64,000 bases of DNA from Auanema rhodensis. Taxonomy: Eukaryota > Animalia > Nematoda. Shown in pieces: positions 40,155 to 53,809 of the stretch (the first letter of the stretch is position 1; every line of letters begins with the position of its first letter). The notes under the pieces were generated by a model, which worked only from the letters and a program-made list of their open reading frames with translations, ran no database searches and was not told where the DNA came from. The stretch is taken from contig OZ059896.1 of assembly GCA_964057225.1 (NCBI GenBank), positions 16,616,001 through 16,680,000 of the forward strand. Direction: 5' to 3'. A program made the position numbers and the translations under genes.

Positions 40155-43149
40155 AAGATCGCAATGATGTGTTTAAAACAATCAAAAATCTTTGAAAATA
40201 AAGAAACTGAAAACGTCATTCAACAGTTTTTTACCTTCCGTTGTTTGATCGCTATAATACGGGCTTGTTCCCATTCCAATTTTCCCACATCACTATGCAA
40301 TTCTTTGTATCCATCAATAGATTCATTTTCAGCTTAAATTATTGTATAAATGTATAATAATATTATGAACAAATATTTTTAAATAACAAAAATATAAATA
40401 CTTTTTGTCAATCCACTAAGATCCCATGCGCTGAGCGTTTCATTCTTTTCCAAATAATGAGAATATATTTTTATGTTTCCAAAATCAATGTAACCAGCAG
40501 GTGAAAATACAAACATACTTTTTAACTGTTTAGTAACATTTCTAAATGATCAATTATGCTTTTATTTTTTGTAATAGTAACATATTCTTACGTTCGCACA
40601 GCATTACTAACTATAATTTTTCCAGGATCCGTAGTTGAAGATAAAAATTTGGCTGTTTGAACAGTTTGCCCAAGTACACAATATCTATTAAAACATTAAT
40701 TATTTCTTCGACAAAATAGATTTTTGATTCACAAGAATATGATATAACACGATTTTGATAGTATTTTATCTCATATTTTCTCGCTCACCTAGGCTTCTTT
40801 TGGCTAACTATTCCTGCTACAATTGGCCCAAAATGAATACCGATTCGAATCTGGAAAGCACAAGATGGAAGTTGTTAGCTCTTAATTCTCAATCAATCTA
40901 ACATACTCGAAGAGGTAATTTCAATCTTGGAACCATTATTTGTCTTGTCGCAAAAACCATTGCCAGTGCTAAGTTCAACATAGATTCACAATGATTTGGA
41001 CATGGGTTAGGAACTCCTCCAACTATGAGATAAGTATCCATAAGGGATAGCACCTTGTAAACCTGAAAAATTAACTTATTTTAGTTCATTATAATATTTG
41101 TTACTTTATATTTATCAATCAGCTCATCAATTTTATTGAATAACGTTGTTACGACATTAACAACCTGAAATACACATAGTTAGTTGCTAGTTAACAATAC
41201 TGATTGAATACTTCTGATGGAGTACAATGTATGTTTATAGTGAAAAAATCCGGAACATCCGAAAAAATAACTGTTGCATCCGAAAATTCTTCTAAATAGA
41301 AGTTTGTCATAAGAAGATGTTATATTTTTGTTATTACGTGCTGCAACATTTTTATTCTGTCTGAGATTATCAGCTATCACTCTAGGTACAAGCTCATACA
41401 ATAAAAGATCTGTTTGAGTTTTTTTGATCTGGAGAGTGTCTGCTAATGTTCTCATTGTTTTAACAGTTTCATCTAACTTTTTGCTGAAATATTCAAATTA
41501 TTCATCTAAATACAGAATATTATCTTGTTTTTACTTCAATTCCATTTGGCATATTCTACTTTGGTTCAGCATAACCAAATCTCTAGTTGCATCATGCATG
41601 GGCATATCCGCTATATACAAGTTCAACTCAAGGATATCACGGACGGTTGTTACATATGGAGAACAGTAAAACATAATGGAATTTCCATTATTAACAAGAC
41701 TCATTTGACCTTGAAATATGATGATTTACATAAGCTGAAGCATGCACAGCAAACCTTTCAAGCATAGTGGCTGTTGAAAAGCTGCTGTGGAACTTTGATC
41801 AATTTCATTACGGCGGCAATGATGCTTCATTTGGAAAATGAATATAGTATTCAGATAAGAAGTGATACTTTTGTATGTTAACTGCAATAATAAATAGGTG
41901 TTTATGCTTAACAATATTTGGACGATTAGTGAACAATCTGCCGAATATCATAAAATTTTGTTTCACCTGAATATCCGCTGGTTGGATAGGCTGAACTAGT
42001 TCTGTTAGTTTGAGCATTTTTCTATCCGCAAGCTTGTACTCCTTAAGCAAATAGCTACCTAAAATATATTATTTTGTGTCTAAAATAATGTTTATTTTCC
42101 TTGATAAGCTTACCAACATGCTCAATAACCAATTGTTTATTATAACAGATGTGATAGGGAAATATTTGCTTCAAATCGTTCAGGGTTATAGGTGATATAA
42201 TCTGTGTGGTGAGCATATTTGCTTGAACAATTTGACATGAAACTTCCTACCTGCTCAATTGTGTTATGATCATGTTGTCGTTTTTCTTTACGAAACTTAT
42301 ATGACAAGCGAGAACCTTGTTTATGATTTTTATCAGGTTCTAACGAGAATACAACATGCTCAACTAGTCCAGTTTTTCGTCGTTCTTGAACTCTTTCCAT
42401 AACGTTTACAATAACTTCCATATCAAATAGAACACGGGCTGTCTTTCTGACAAGTCCTAGATGATATAATAGTTAATCTCAGTAATAATATTTCTATTTA
42501 GAACCTTTAACAATCGGAAATAGTCCTTGTCTATTTGAAAAATAATGAAGACGTAGTGAGTTTTCTCCTGCTGTTTCGCAATGAAATGTTGGACCTCTCA
42601 TTTCAGATTGGAATGCTATCTGATCAATAAAGTAATGCATGGAGTTCAAGTTATCCAAAAAATCCTAAAAAGAAGTAGATCATCATAAAGAATTATTTTA
42701 TTTTAACACAAAGCAGAATTCTTACCTGTAGATTATTAGCCATACAGGCTAACATTTTTTGCCATCCAGTTTCACAAGCATATGTAATCAGAAACTCTCC
42801 GTATAATTCCCACATATCATCAACTGATAATCCTAAATTTTAACTAATTGCTTTCAAATATGAAATCGGAAATAGAAACCAAGTACACCAGCTGCGGTAC
42901 GAAATATTCTCATCGTTTCTGAATCATCATAATATGTTTGTACTTCAAATTCTGTTGCTTCATCATATCCGGATTTTACTCTAAATATGTTTAATTTTCA
43001 TTTTCAAATTGCATCATTATCCTCACTTAATATCAGTCCAAACTTCGATACCGTATCGTCTAGTAATCAATGTTCCAATACAAATATGTGTCCACCCAAT
43101 CTATAACAATGACTAGTATAAAAAGATAGAAATTTGATAAACTTGCCAT
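39870..43149 (-). CDS. gcy-37: Atypical (O2-sensing) soluble guanylyl cyclase, H-NOX + HNOBA + cyclase domain + CAAX
   Basis: M|[17 protein letters not shown]..., [39 protein letters not shown] (heme His), HYFSNR (YxSxR), [37 protein letters not shown]-terminal CCVI*. Closest to C. elegans GCY-37 as recalled. Confidence 0.9.
40073..40152. repeat. (TA)n microsatellite in the last intron of gcy-37
   Basis: About 40 perfect TA units. Confidence 0.97.
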
Positions 43150-44126
43150 CTTAATCTAGGCTGGCTAAGAGCTGAGCAAATTATGTTGCCAACTAACGAT
43201 ATAGTTTGAAATGGAGCTAGAAACCTTTAGTGATATCTGAATCTAATGGCTGTCTGTCACGCAGCAGAATGCTTAATAGGCAGGTTATGACGACTGATGA
43301 GGATATCTCGTGGGTGTTTGGGTGGCCTAATGCTAACAAAATGAAACTTTTAACCACTCGTTAAATGTATTAAGATAATTATTTTATTCCTGAAAAAAGT
43401 TTTTTCATTATATTTCATGATTAATGAAAGGTTTTAATTTTAATTTTGTGGAGAAAATATAATTTGATTAAGTTTGTTTGACAAAAGTTTTAAAATGTTT
43501 AGAATATGGTTCTCGTTATACTATGCAATTGAAACGATAATATTTTCAAAATGTTAAGTTATTTTTCTTTTAACCTACGTTATCAAATAATCAATTTCAC
43601 TAAAAATTTCTTCTAAATTAAGCAATATCTTCTTATGTCTTGTTTTGCTCTCCATATTTTACATATAATATTTATAAAAAAAATCATTGAAGACGTCAAT
43701 GTTATATAATTCATTGCAAGCCACCTGGGAAAAATATGCATAAACAACGATGGAGCAATTTTTATATGTATACCTATGGCCATAACATTTTTAGAAATAT
43801 TCAGTTATTAATATTATTAAGAAGATTTGAAATTAAAAGTCATAAAAATCAAATATAGTTTACGGAGTATATGTAAATGTGCCGCATACCTTAGAAAATT
43901 AACAAGAATTCTTGCCGAGTTCATGTATAATAATGCAGTTCGTAAACATTTCCCAAATTAAATTGAAAACAAATAATAAACACATTCTTCTAAAATAAAT
44001 AACATTAGAAAGTAATAGTAAGTTAGAATGAAACGTAAAATTTGAGAACACAAATAATTTTTGGTCTCAGGAAATAATAAAAATGCGACATTCAAATAGT
44101 TTTTCATTTTTGATACGGGTTTTGGG

Positions 44127-46787
44127 ATGATCGGTCGGTTTTTATCTTTTGAATTAAAGCTTTAAATAAGATAAAAGGCAATTAAACTATATTTAGAAGA
44201 AGCAAAACGCACAGAAGCTGCTTTGATGACAGCCTGTGGGGAGGCTCCATTGGATACTCCAAAGGATCGAATGGTTTCTATCCAATGGAAAAACATAGTT
44301 GTAAATACTGTAGCAGGAAGGCGTTTGCTAAGAGGAATAGATGGAATAGCTCGGCCAAAAGAAGTTGTAGCTCTTATGGGTGCAAGGTTTTCTAAAACAT
44401 TAAATCAAATGGTATTAAACATTCATGATATTTGACAGTGGAGCGGGAAAGACAACACTACTGAACACACTACTTCAACGAAATCTGCGAGGATTACGTG
44501 TGCATGGTGAAATTCTTGTGAATGGAAGAAATATCGGTCAAGCTGTAACAAGTGTTTCGGCATATGTTCAACAAGAAGATTTATTTGTCGGAACATTAAC
44601 TGTAAATCATTTCCCTACATGTGCACTAATTATTATACGAAATTGGAGGTGCGAGAACATCTGATGCTACAAGCTCAAATGCGATTGCCTAGCTCATGTA
44701 CAGAAGAAACTAGAATTGCTCGAGTTAATGAAGTATGAAATACTCATTTGAGTACATAAAATGACAATTTATCGCGCACGCAATGTCATTTAGGTTCTAC
44801 GAGATATGTCATTAGAGGGTGCTCAGAGCTCTCGGATAGGTATTCCGGGAGTACTTAAGGGAATATCCGGTATTTCATACGACAAATGATTCATTATAGT
44901 AACATCGATTAGGTGACGTATATATTATTTATTTCAGGAGGTGAGAGAAAGCGTTTAGCATTTGCTTCTGAAATACTTAACAATCCGCCAATATTGTTTT
45001 GTGATGAGCCTACGACAGGGTTGGATTCACACATGGCAATGTTAATAGTTAAGGTATAGTTAGCTATATGTATAGGATAAGCCTGAATAAATTTAAGCGT
45101 TTGGAATCATTAGCAGCAACTCAAGGTAAGACAATAATCTGTACAATACATCAACCATCTTCTGAAACATTTGAATTATTTGACAAGGTTGAAGAAATTC
45201 ATCAGAATTAACATAGGTTGTTTTTGAAATCTTAGGTAGTGTTTCTTGCTCAGGGACGTGTTGTATTCCAAGGAAGCCCATCTGAATCAGTTTTATTTTT
45301 TTCAAAATGTGGCTTTACCATGCCCCTTCATATCAATCCAGCTGATTATTACATAGATGTATGTTATTGCTTTTCACTAGCTTTTATGCATTGTTAACAA
45401 TGATAACTATAACATCCAAATTTATTTCAGTTATTAGCTATATCGCCTGATAAAGTTGAGGAATGTAAAAAACGATGTAATGAAATGAGCGACAAGTTCC
45501 TCACCAGTCAGTATAATTATCGAGTTCAAGAACAAATGGCTGTTGCAAGCTATCCACGTGAGCTTTATGGACATGAATCGCCTAACTTCTTTATGCTTTT
45601 ATCATCGCTTATGATTAGGTATACAACCTTATATGCTATGCTAATCTTAAAATATATTTTATATTTTCAGACATCTTAAAGACAATATACGTAACCCCGC
45701 AATACTTAAAGCAAAGTTTGTTCAAAAAGTTTTTATGGGCATTTTTCTGGGATTACTCTATTTGAATACGCCTCTGAATCAGGTTAATAAAGAAATGTAC
45801 TCATTAATATACTTCATTTATTATGAAAATAGGATGGAATCATGTCACTTCAAGGAGTTCTATTTTACTATTGCTCAGAGATAACATATTCAACAATTTT
45901 CGGCATTCAGTCATGCATGCCAGGAGATTTTCCAATGTTAATACGAGAATACCATGATGGAATCTATCCTGTATCAGCTTATTATCTTGGAAAGGTGTTA
46001 TTTTTTTTAACATAATTAACTCTTAACTAATATATTATTATTAAATAACAGATATTTTCATATATTCCAATATTCACAGTCGATGGCATGATTATGGTAA
46101 CTATAAGCTATTTCATGATTGGCCTACTTCCAACAACTGTTAATTTTGCAAAAGTTTAATAAAATCTCGTTGTAAATCATAATTTCCTATTTAAGACAAT
46201 AATGACATGTGTACTGGTAGAATGGAATGTTGCAAGTCTAGGAATAGCTATATGTTCTGTAATTTGTTCTAAAATCCAAGATACAGCTGAAAGAATATGT
46301 TTTCAGATTGCTCCATCATATGCTGTAGCCATCTCGATATCTGGTCCAATATTAACCGTATTATCATTGACAGGAGGTTTATTCATAAATACAGCTGAAA
46401 TGCCAGCATGGACTAATTGGATTCAATATGTTTCATGGTAAAAACAATGAAAAATTAAATTTAAAATTGATAATACTTAAGGTTTCGATATGGTTACGAA
46501 GATTTAATCGTTAATGAATTCCATGATAAGTCTAAAAATAATATTACTTGTGCTGGAAATGCTGACGTTGTTGTACCAAATTGTATGAAAAATGGGCAAG
46601 ATATACTAGATGTGAGTAAAAAAAAATTATTATAAGGTTAATAAAAAAGAATAATGTTTTATTTCAGGAATTACATTTTGCACCTGAAAACTTTTATTGG
46701 AATTGGCTTATGTTGGTTTTATCCACAGTAGCCATCTATGGTTTAGGATATATTGGATTGGTATTTCGTGTTCGTAAACATCGTTAA
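44127..46787 (+). CDS. White-family ABCG half-transporter, copy A (wht-2-like)
   Basis: Walker [13 protein letters not shown]-loop AYVQQED, signature ISGGERKRL, Walker [14 protein letters not shown]-loop TIHQPS, ABC2 membrane domain with REY and GGLF..WIQYVSWFRYGYE. Start inferred from a mini-exon ATG ATC G|gt at 44127 whose phase fits the next exon. Confidence 0.9.
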
Positions 46788-47107
46788 TATATTTTATTAT
46801 TATAATAAAACAAAGTTTCTTTATTATTTTGATAATTTTGATTTTTTGGTTTTTTTACAATCTTGGCTTAAGATGAAAACTTACAAAAAAAACTGTTAAA
46901 CACTAAACAAACACTTTTCTTATGAGAACTATTGTAAAATTTAGAATATCACTAGATTTACATATTTTAATTGAAGTATGTACACACTATCGTTAAGTAA
47001 TTTATTTTAAGGCAGATAGAGTACTTGAAAATCGCTTCACGTTTTTTAAAATGTATGCAAATTATGCTAATGATGACAACCGACGCGCATTTGTGACGTT
47101 GTAATAA

Positions 47108-49649
47108 ATGATAGGTGAGGATTTCAAGATTAAAAATACTATTTTTTCTTTAATTTTACTTGAAATAATTTAAAAAAAATTTTAATTCTGAAGAAAAGGA
47201 TAATTGTATATTGCAAAGTGTTGGAACATGGTTGCAATGGACCAATATCAAAGTATCAACCGAACAAGGACGTTCAATTTTAAATGGAATTAATGGTGTT
47301 GCAATACCTGGGGAAGTTGTAGCATTAATGGGAGCAAGGTTTAGATTGTATTTATTCTTTTTGCTTAATCTGTTCCTAGTGGTGGTGGGAAAACGACGCT
47401 TCTTAACACATTACTTCATCGAAATCTTCGTGGATTAGAAATTAGTGGTAATGTCCTTGTTAATGGAAGAAATATTGGAAAAGCGATAACTTCTGTATCA
47501 GCATATGTTCAACAAGAGAACTTATTTGTTGGAACATTAACTGTGAGATAAAGAAACAAAAAGATTTAATATTTGTCTTTTTATTTAACTTTTCAGGTAA
47601 AAGAACATCTGAATATTCAAGCTAGATTATTAATGTCCAAATGCAGCCGACGGGACAGATCTGATCGAGTTCATGAAGTTTTAGATTAATATATTATACA
47701 TTTATAATTTTATTAACTTAGATATTAAAGGAGTTGGGTTTAGAGAAATGCCAAAATAGCTTGATAGGATCTCCAGGAGTTGTAAAGGGAATTTCAGGTA
47801 AAGCCAGACCGTACATCTCATAGTTCGATACTTTTTTAGGTGGAGAAATGAAAAGATTAGCATTAGCCTCTATACTGTTTAGTAACCCATCTATAATCTT
47901 TTGTGATGAACCAACAACAGGTTTAGATTCATTCATGGCTTATAAGACTATGTTTGTAAGTTTATAATGTTCGGAACTGTTCAACTTCATTTATATACAG
48001 GCAATAGAAGAATTAGCTTCAAAACGACGGAAAACAATAATCTGCACAATACATCAACCATCTTCTGAAACATTTGAATTGTTTGACAAGGTTGAAAAGT
48101 TTTCATATAGTTATATAACATAACTATTATATTACATAGGTATTATTTTTGGTACAAGGACGAGTAGCATTTCATGGAACACCATCAGAAGCTGTCTACT
48201 TTCTAAGTTCAGCTGGATACCGTATGCCAATGCATGTTAATTTAGCTGAGTTTTTTATTGAAGTATGATTATATTTTATATATTTAATTTAATATAAAAG
48301 TTTTAAGACAATATCAATTGAAAATAGTGACAGTGACAGAAAACGACAATTGAGTATGCAAATTAGTAATGAATTTCAAATGTCTCAATTCAATAATTAT
48401 CTTCACAACTATACTCTTAAATCCAATAAGAAAAACCCTATTTATTCATCTGCTAGAGGAACCATCAGTCAAATATTTTTTGCTCTTTGTATAAGGTTTA
48501 TAATCAAGCTTTCATTTTGATTCTTTCATTTTTTCACAGAAATTTCTTAGCGCTTTGGCGTAACCGAAAGTTTTTGTGGGCAAAATTTGTTCAGAAATTA
48601 TTTTTTGGTCTTTTCGTCGGTTTTCTATATCGCAATACGGAACTAAATCAAGTATGAGGCATTTCAGTTAATTTTCAAACTTTGCTTTCTAAATTATAGG
48701 CAGGAATACAATCGCTAAGAGGAATTTTATACTTCTATATAACAGATTTAACATATTCAACGATATTAGGCATAATTGCTACAATGCCTGTTGATTTTCC
48801 TTTACTATTTCGAGATTATCATGATGGAAATTATACAGTATCTTTATATATGCTTTCAAAGGTATGATCACAAACTTAATAAAGTTTTGAAAAGTTTTGA
48901 TATAGGTCCTAGCATTATTACCAATTTACTTAAATGATTGTCTGCTACTTGTTGGAATCAGTTATTTCATGATTGGATTAGCACCAACTTTTCAAAAATT
49001 TTTGCTGGTAATTGAAAAATGTGTTATTACATATTACCAATATTTAGACTATGATAACATGTATGTTAACTCAGCAACATGTAATAAGCTTAGGCGTAAC
49101 AATTGCATCGGTATCTTTTAATGATTTATTTATACTAAACGTATATAATCTTTTGCAGCTTTGCTCAACTCCAGTTATTGCGTTAACTGTAGTTACTCCA
49201 ATTCTAACCGCTTTAAGCATAACTGGAGGATTGTTTTCGGATGTTAACTATCTGCCTTCTTACATTTCATGGATACAGTATCTATCATGGTTAAATAAAA
49301 ATAATTTAAATGTATTTCACATAACAAGTGTTATAGGTTCCGCTTTGGATATGAATCGTTAATTATTAATGACTTTACTGATATATCCAGAAATAACATA
49401 TCATGTGCATTATCAGCGGAAATTCTCGAAGAGAATCAAGCTATGCTATCATGCACCAGCTCCGGCTTACAAGCCATTCGGGTATATTTAGACTAAATCT
49501 AAAATATTAATAGTTATATTTCCATTAAGGAAGAAGGATTTGATGTCAAAAATATGTATATTAATTGGTTATTTATGATATTATGGTCAATGGCGAATTA
49601 TGCTATTGCATATATAGGACTTGTATTTCGTACTCAATTAGAGAGATAA
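47108..49649 (+). CDS. White-family ABCG half-transporter, copy B (diverged tandem paralogue)
   Basis: [58 protein letters not shown]. Exon layout parallels copy A, including the ATG ATA G|gt mini-exon. No disablement seen in the exons I traced. Confidence 0.88.
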
Positions 49650-50234
49650 TTATAATATCTTTGCTATATATATATATGTTTATATAATTAGGAAAATTGT
49701 TGAAAAACCAATTGTTTGATTTAGCATTGGGTTCTCTATTATCATGTTAATTAGAATATTTGTACTTGGTTTGAGCTGGAACTGAGTGACACGTGAAACG
49801 TGAACTTGTTTATAAATGTTTGAAAACAGGCTTTACATGAGAATGTAATTAATCGTCTTTAACATTCATAATTCTAAATTATACTGTTTCTTAACAAAAT
49901 GTTTATTATAACAATGAACACAATACATGAAAATATTTTTCACAAAATAATAAAATTAAATAAAATAAAAAATAGAAATTATATAATTATAATTTTCACA
50001 TAATTTCAAAAGATAAATTCTAATATGCGTAAACTAAAGTTCACGTAAGATATGAAACGTCATTGTAGTTTTAACTTACTAGTGTAGCTGTTCAATTTCT
50101 ACATTTCTATTTCTACTAATATAATGAATAATAGTTCTAATACTGATTTAGATAAAAATTTTAATGAAACAATTAATCAAGTAAAAATTTTTATTTAATA
50201 GATATTATTAGATATGAGAATATTATTATTTTAG

Positions 50235-50998
50235 GCAAATGAATGGGCAAATGAAGAAGATCTAACTAAATATAGTATGCTATATGATCGGACTTCCTCG
50301 ATGGTTAGTGTATCAATAATATTTTTACTAAAATTAACAAAATTAAATTATTATGTTTATTTGTATAATTTACAGACAGTTCCAGTACATCAACGAGTCA
50401 GAAATATACTTTTTGATATTGCTTACAGAGCTACATCTTTAATTATTAACCAAATTAACCGAGATACTGATATTCAAGTTTGTTTTTAAAAATTAATATT
50501 TGAAAAAATTTAATCTACCTATATCTTTTGATTTTTTATGTATTTTTTCAGATTCCTGTTAAAGCAGTATCCGATTTTTGCCACTCTGCTAATGAGAGGA
50601 AGAGTTTGGACTCATATTTGAACAATTCAGGAAAACGTGAGACTTTAGCTTTAAAGAAATTAAGTTTAAATTTGAATATTTAGAATCATTGTCTGATAAG
50701 ACTAACTCAATTGTGCGTAACTGTTGCTCCAATACAAGCACAATGGTTCGTAATAACAATTAGAAATATGTTCAAAACTAAGAATCTTTTTAGGAAGTAA
50801 GTAGATTTCATCCAGAGAATCGACTACACAGAACTTCTGGACCCAACAAACTTCCAATGGAGAATAACGCGTTTAGATTACGTATGAAGCAGATGGAACG
50901 TCGTCAAAGTTGCTTTTACCATCAATTTGATTATGTTTTATTTTAATTCAGGCCTTAATCCAACATTGTTAAGGAATCTACCAGCACATAAAGATTGA
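50235..50998 (+). CDS. Orphan multi-exon gene, about 160+ aa, unknown function; start exon not located
   Basis: Six consecutive exons joined by phase-compatible GT-AG introns give an open frame: ANEWANEEDLTKYSMLYDRTSSM|TVPVHQRVRNILFDIAYRATSLIINQINRDTDIQ|IPVKAVSDFCHSANERKSLDSYLNNSGK|QSLSDKTNSIVRNCCSNTSTM|EVSRFHPENRLHRTSGPNKLPMENNAFRLRMKQMERRQ|SLNPTLLRNLPAHKD*. AATAAA follows about 30 nt downstream. Confidence 0.65.
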
Positions 50999-53809
50999 TA
51001 ATAGTTAAATGATTTTGATACTGATGATGAATAAATTCTCTTTTTTTTATTTTCTTTTCTTTCGAAGCCAACTAACTTTTGTGAAATATCCCAAAACTAT
51101 AAAACATTGTGATAAAATGTTTTACAAAGTACAACATTTTCATTCATCTTTCTATAAGAAAGTTTCTTGTCTCATTGACAATGAAAGAAATGTTCCGCAC
51201 TGACTATACACTCAATTGGTCTTGTTATAGATCCGGATTTTAGATGAAATTTGGCCAAAATATAATGCGATAAAGGTAGGATCCAGGTATATATCCACTA
51301 TGTAACCGATTTGGGCTATTCTTCATTGAAACTGTGGTTTTTCGACGGGAACGGAGGACGATATGAAAATGCCTTCAATGGCTATTTAACGTGGGCGTGT
51401 GAAGATGGTTAGCCATACAGACAAAGAAAGACGATAACCATGGATGTGGATGTGGTAAAATAGAAGACGATGGGCTAAAGGGGGAAGGTGGTAGAGAGCT
51501 AAATGAATAATGGTGAATGTAAATATGGCTGTCAGACGGATTGCAAGATTGCAGATCCGGTCGAAGACAATTTTCTGTCGGTCTCATCAACCCGTTTGAG
51601 TCTCTATCCATAAAGCAGACATAAGAGACAAGAGAAAAAATTTGAAGAATTGGAAAAGAGCGATGTATGATAAACGTGTATAGATTTAACGAAGGTGTAG
51701 AGAAGAAAGATAATGAGAAATACTGCTGGATGCGAAAGTTTCTCTTTTCCTCGATTTCTACCCCAACAGTCTCGTCCCATTTTAGCTTATCGAAAGCAAA
51801 TGAATCCTGATTTCTTATCCATAAAAATAATTATTATGAAGTATCTGTTAACGTATTTTCAAGCTTGAAACTGTTATATTCATTTTCTATATTTTTCATT
51901 TTATTTTTCTTGAAATATTGTTACAATTCAACATCGAATGCCTCTTTCTCATTTCGTTCATATATTTTTTGCACTCAAATGTGTCGAAATGCCAACTTAA
52001 TGGTCTATGACCACTCCTTTTCTCTTTGAAAAAGTACCATTCACTGGATTTTACTTTTAAGATGAACATGAATTGACCTATATATCGTCTGATGCTATTG
52101 ATAGTGTTACATTCTTTTCAGGTATTTCTCTCAGTCCTCGCTAAAGTCCTTACATTCTAATATGAAATTCAAATTTTCGAATCAAATACACCTTTTTTTG
52201 TCTTATATTTGATTTTACTCCCCACTTTGAACAAACTTCATACATGGTTGAAGTATTATTTCAATTTTTCTGTATATTTCATCAAATTCTGTTCAGATTT
52301 AATTTCTTTATATTCAAATACCTCCAGCTTCTTTTTCATCCTTTTCTCATACAAATATCTATCTATATTATTCATATATACCTATTGAAGTTTATGGGTT
52401 AAAGCAAACTTTTTTTTTGAATAAATCTAGAACTCTAGAAGCATATGCCTTCAGGCTGATACATGACAATGAGACGTTGAAATATGAAAAAAGATGAAGA
52501 GGATGAGGATCAACGGGTTGTCTATTCTTCGCATAAACAGCAGACTTGCGCCCACCCTGTCATCAACAATTCATTTGTCATTGACCTTCTTATTCTATTT
52601 CAGATTTTTCCCTTTTGCGCAATCCAGAACAGTACTTTCACTTTACTTTTAATTTTCATGAAATTTGTAACATTTTAACAAGTTCTGTCTACTTGTGTTC
52701 AAATCTAACCATTTTCAGTTTTTTTCTCGCAATAAGTTGTCTATACAACTCACTGTTGTTTTGCAAAACAAAACTGATATAAATTACCGCATGGTTAATC
52801 ATTTTATACTTTTGATGACAAAAGCTTGATGTACATAGGTAATGTGTTTATGACTGGCTATAGTCCATTTGAACGATAAATTATATAAAACTTCTATTGT
52901 ATCACGTCACTTTTTTTGTCTTATACGAGATTATCTCTATTGAAGTTCCTAATGAAGTGATTTCGCTCTCAGAATTTACCGGTTGACGCCGCAATCATCA
53001 AGATAATTGAAAGAATCGAAGATCATTATATTCCTTTATCATTCATTACTATTTACTATAATAATTATATATTCATACATAAAGAAAAGTGAAAATCTTT
53101 TCTCATCTTGGAATTCTAAAAGAAATCCACGACGGCATAAGCACTCCATTTATTCAGCCATCAAGTTTCATTCGTCCAGTTAGCATTTCGCTGATAGTTC
53201 GTAAGACACTAATCCAGAATCTTCTTCTTGTCACTTACATTGTCTTCTTTATGTCTTCTAAATTTTCTTTCTTGTTACTTTTTGAACAACTAGAAGATCT
53301 TTATTTATTATTAACGTCTCCACCATACGTTTCAATTAAATTTTAGTAAATACTGTTATTTTTATATAGTTAGTTATAAAATTACATATAAATATAATAA
53401 TTAATGTTTTTTAATCTCTATTCTCTAATATACTTATACTTTATGTTACCATTGTAATCTTCACATAGAATCCAGAACAATCAAACAAGTTTAAACCGAG
53501 TGTCATGACTCTTACCCTGTAATCTAAGGATTTTGTTCTTCTAACTTTCCATTTCCTACGAATTGTCGTTTATAGCTGAAAATTTGAGATGAAAATTTTA
53601 CTTCCCCCATATAGGAAAATCATAAAAACGTTCACAGAAGTCATCATCAACTTCTTGAAATGGTTATGAACATTCAAGAAATCTACTTAATTTCTATCTA
53701 TCTTCATATGATACGTTTCAATTCAAACAATATTTATCTTGATTTCTTTCAGATTCACTAATATTCGATATTTTCTGTAAAATTTGTAGTTCTGTAAGCT
53801 TGGTGAGCA

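Noticed and set aside
51340-51620. GC-richer island and 78-aa minus ORF
   Set aside because: No splice-supported frame or fold; probably distal promoter DNA of the PGAP2-like gene.
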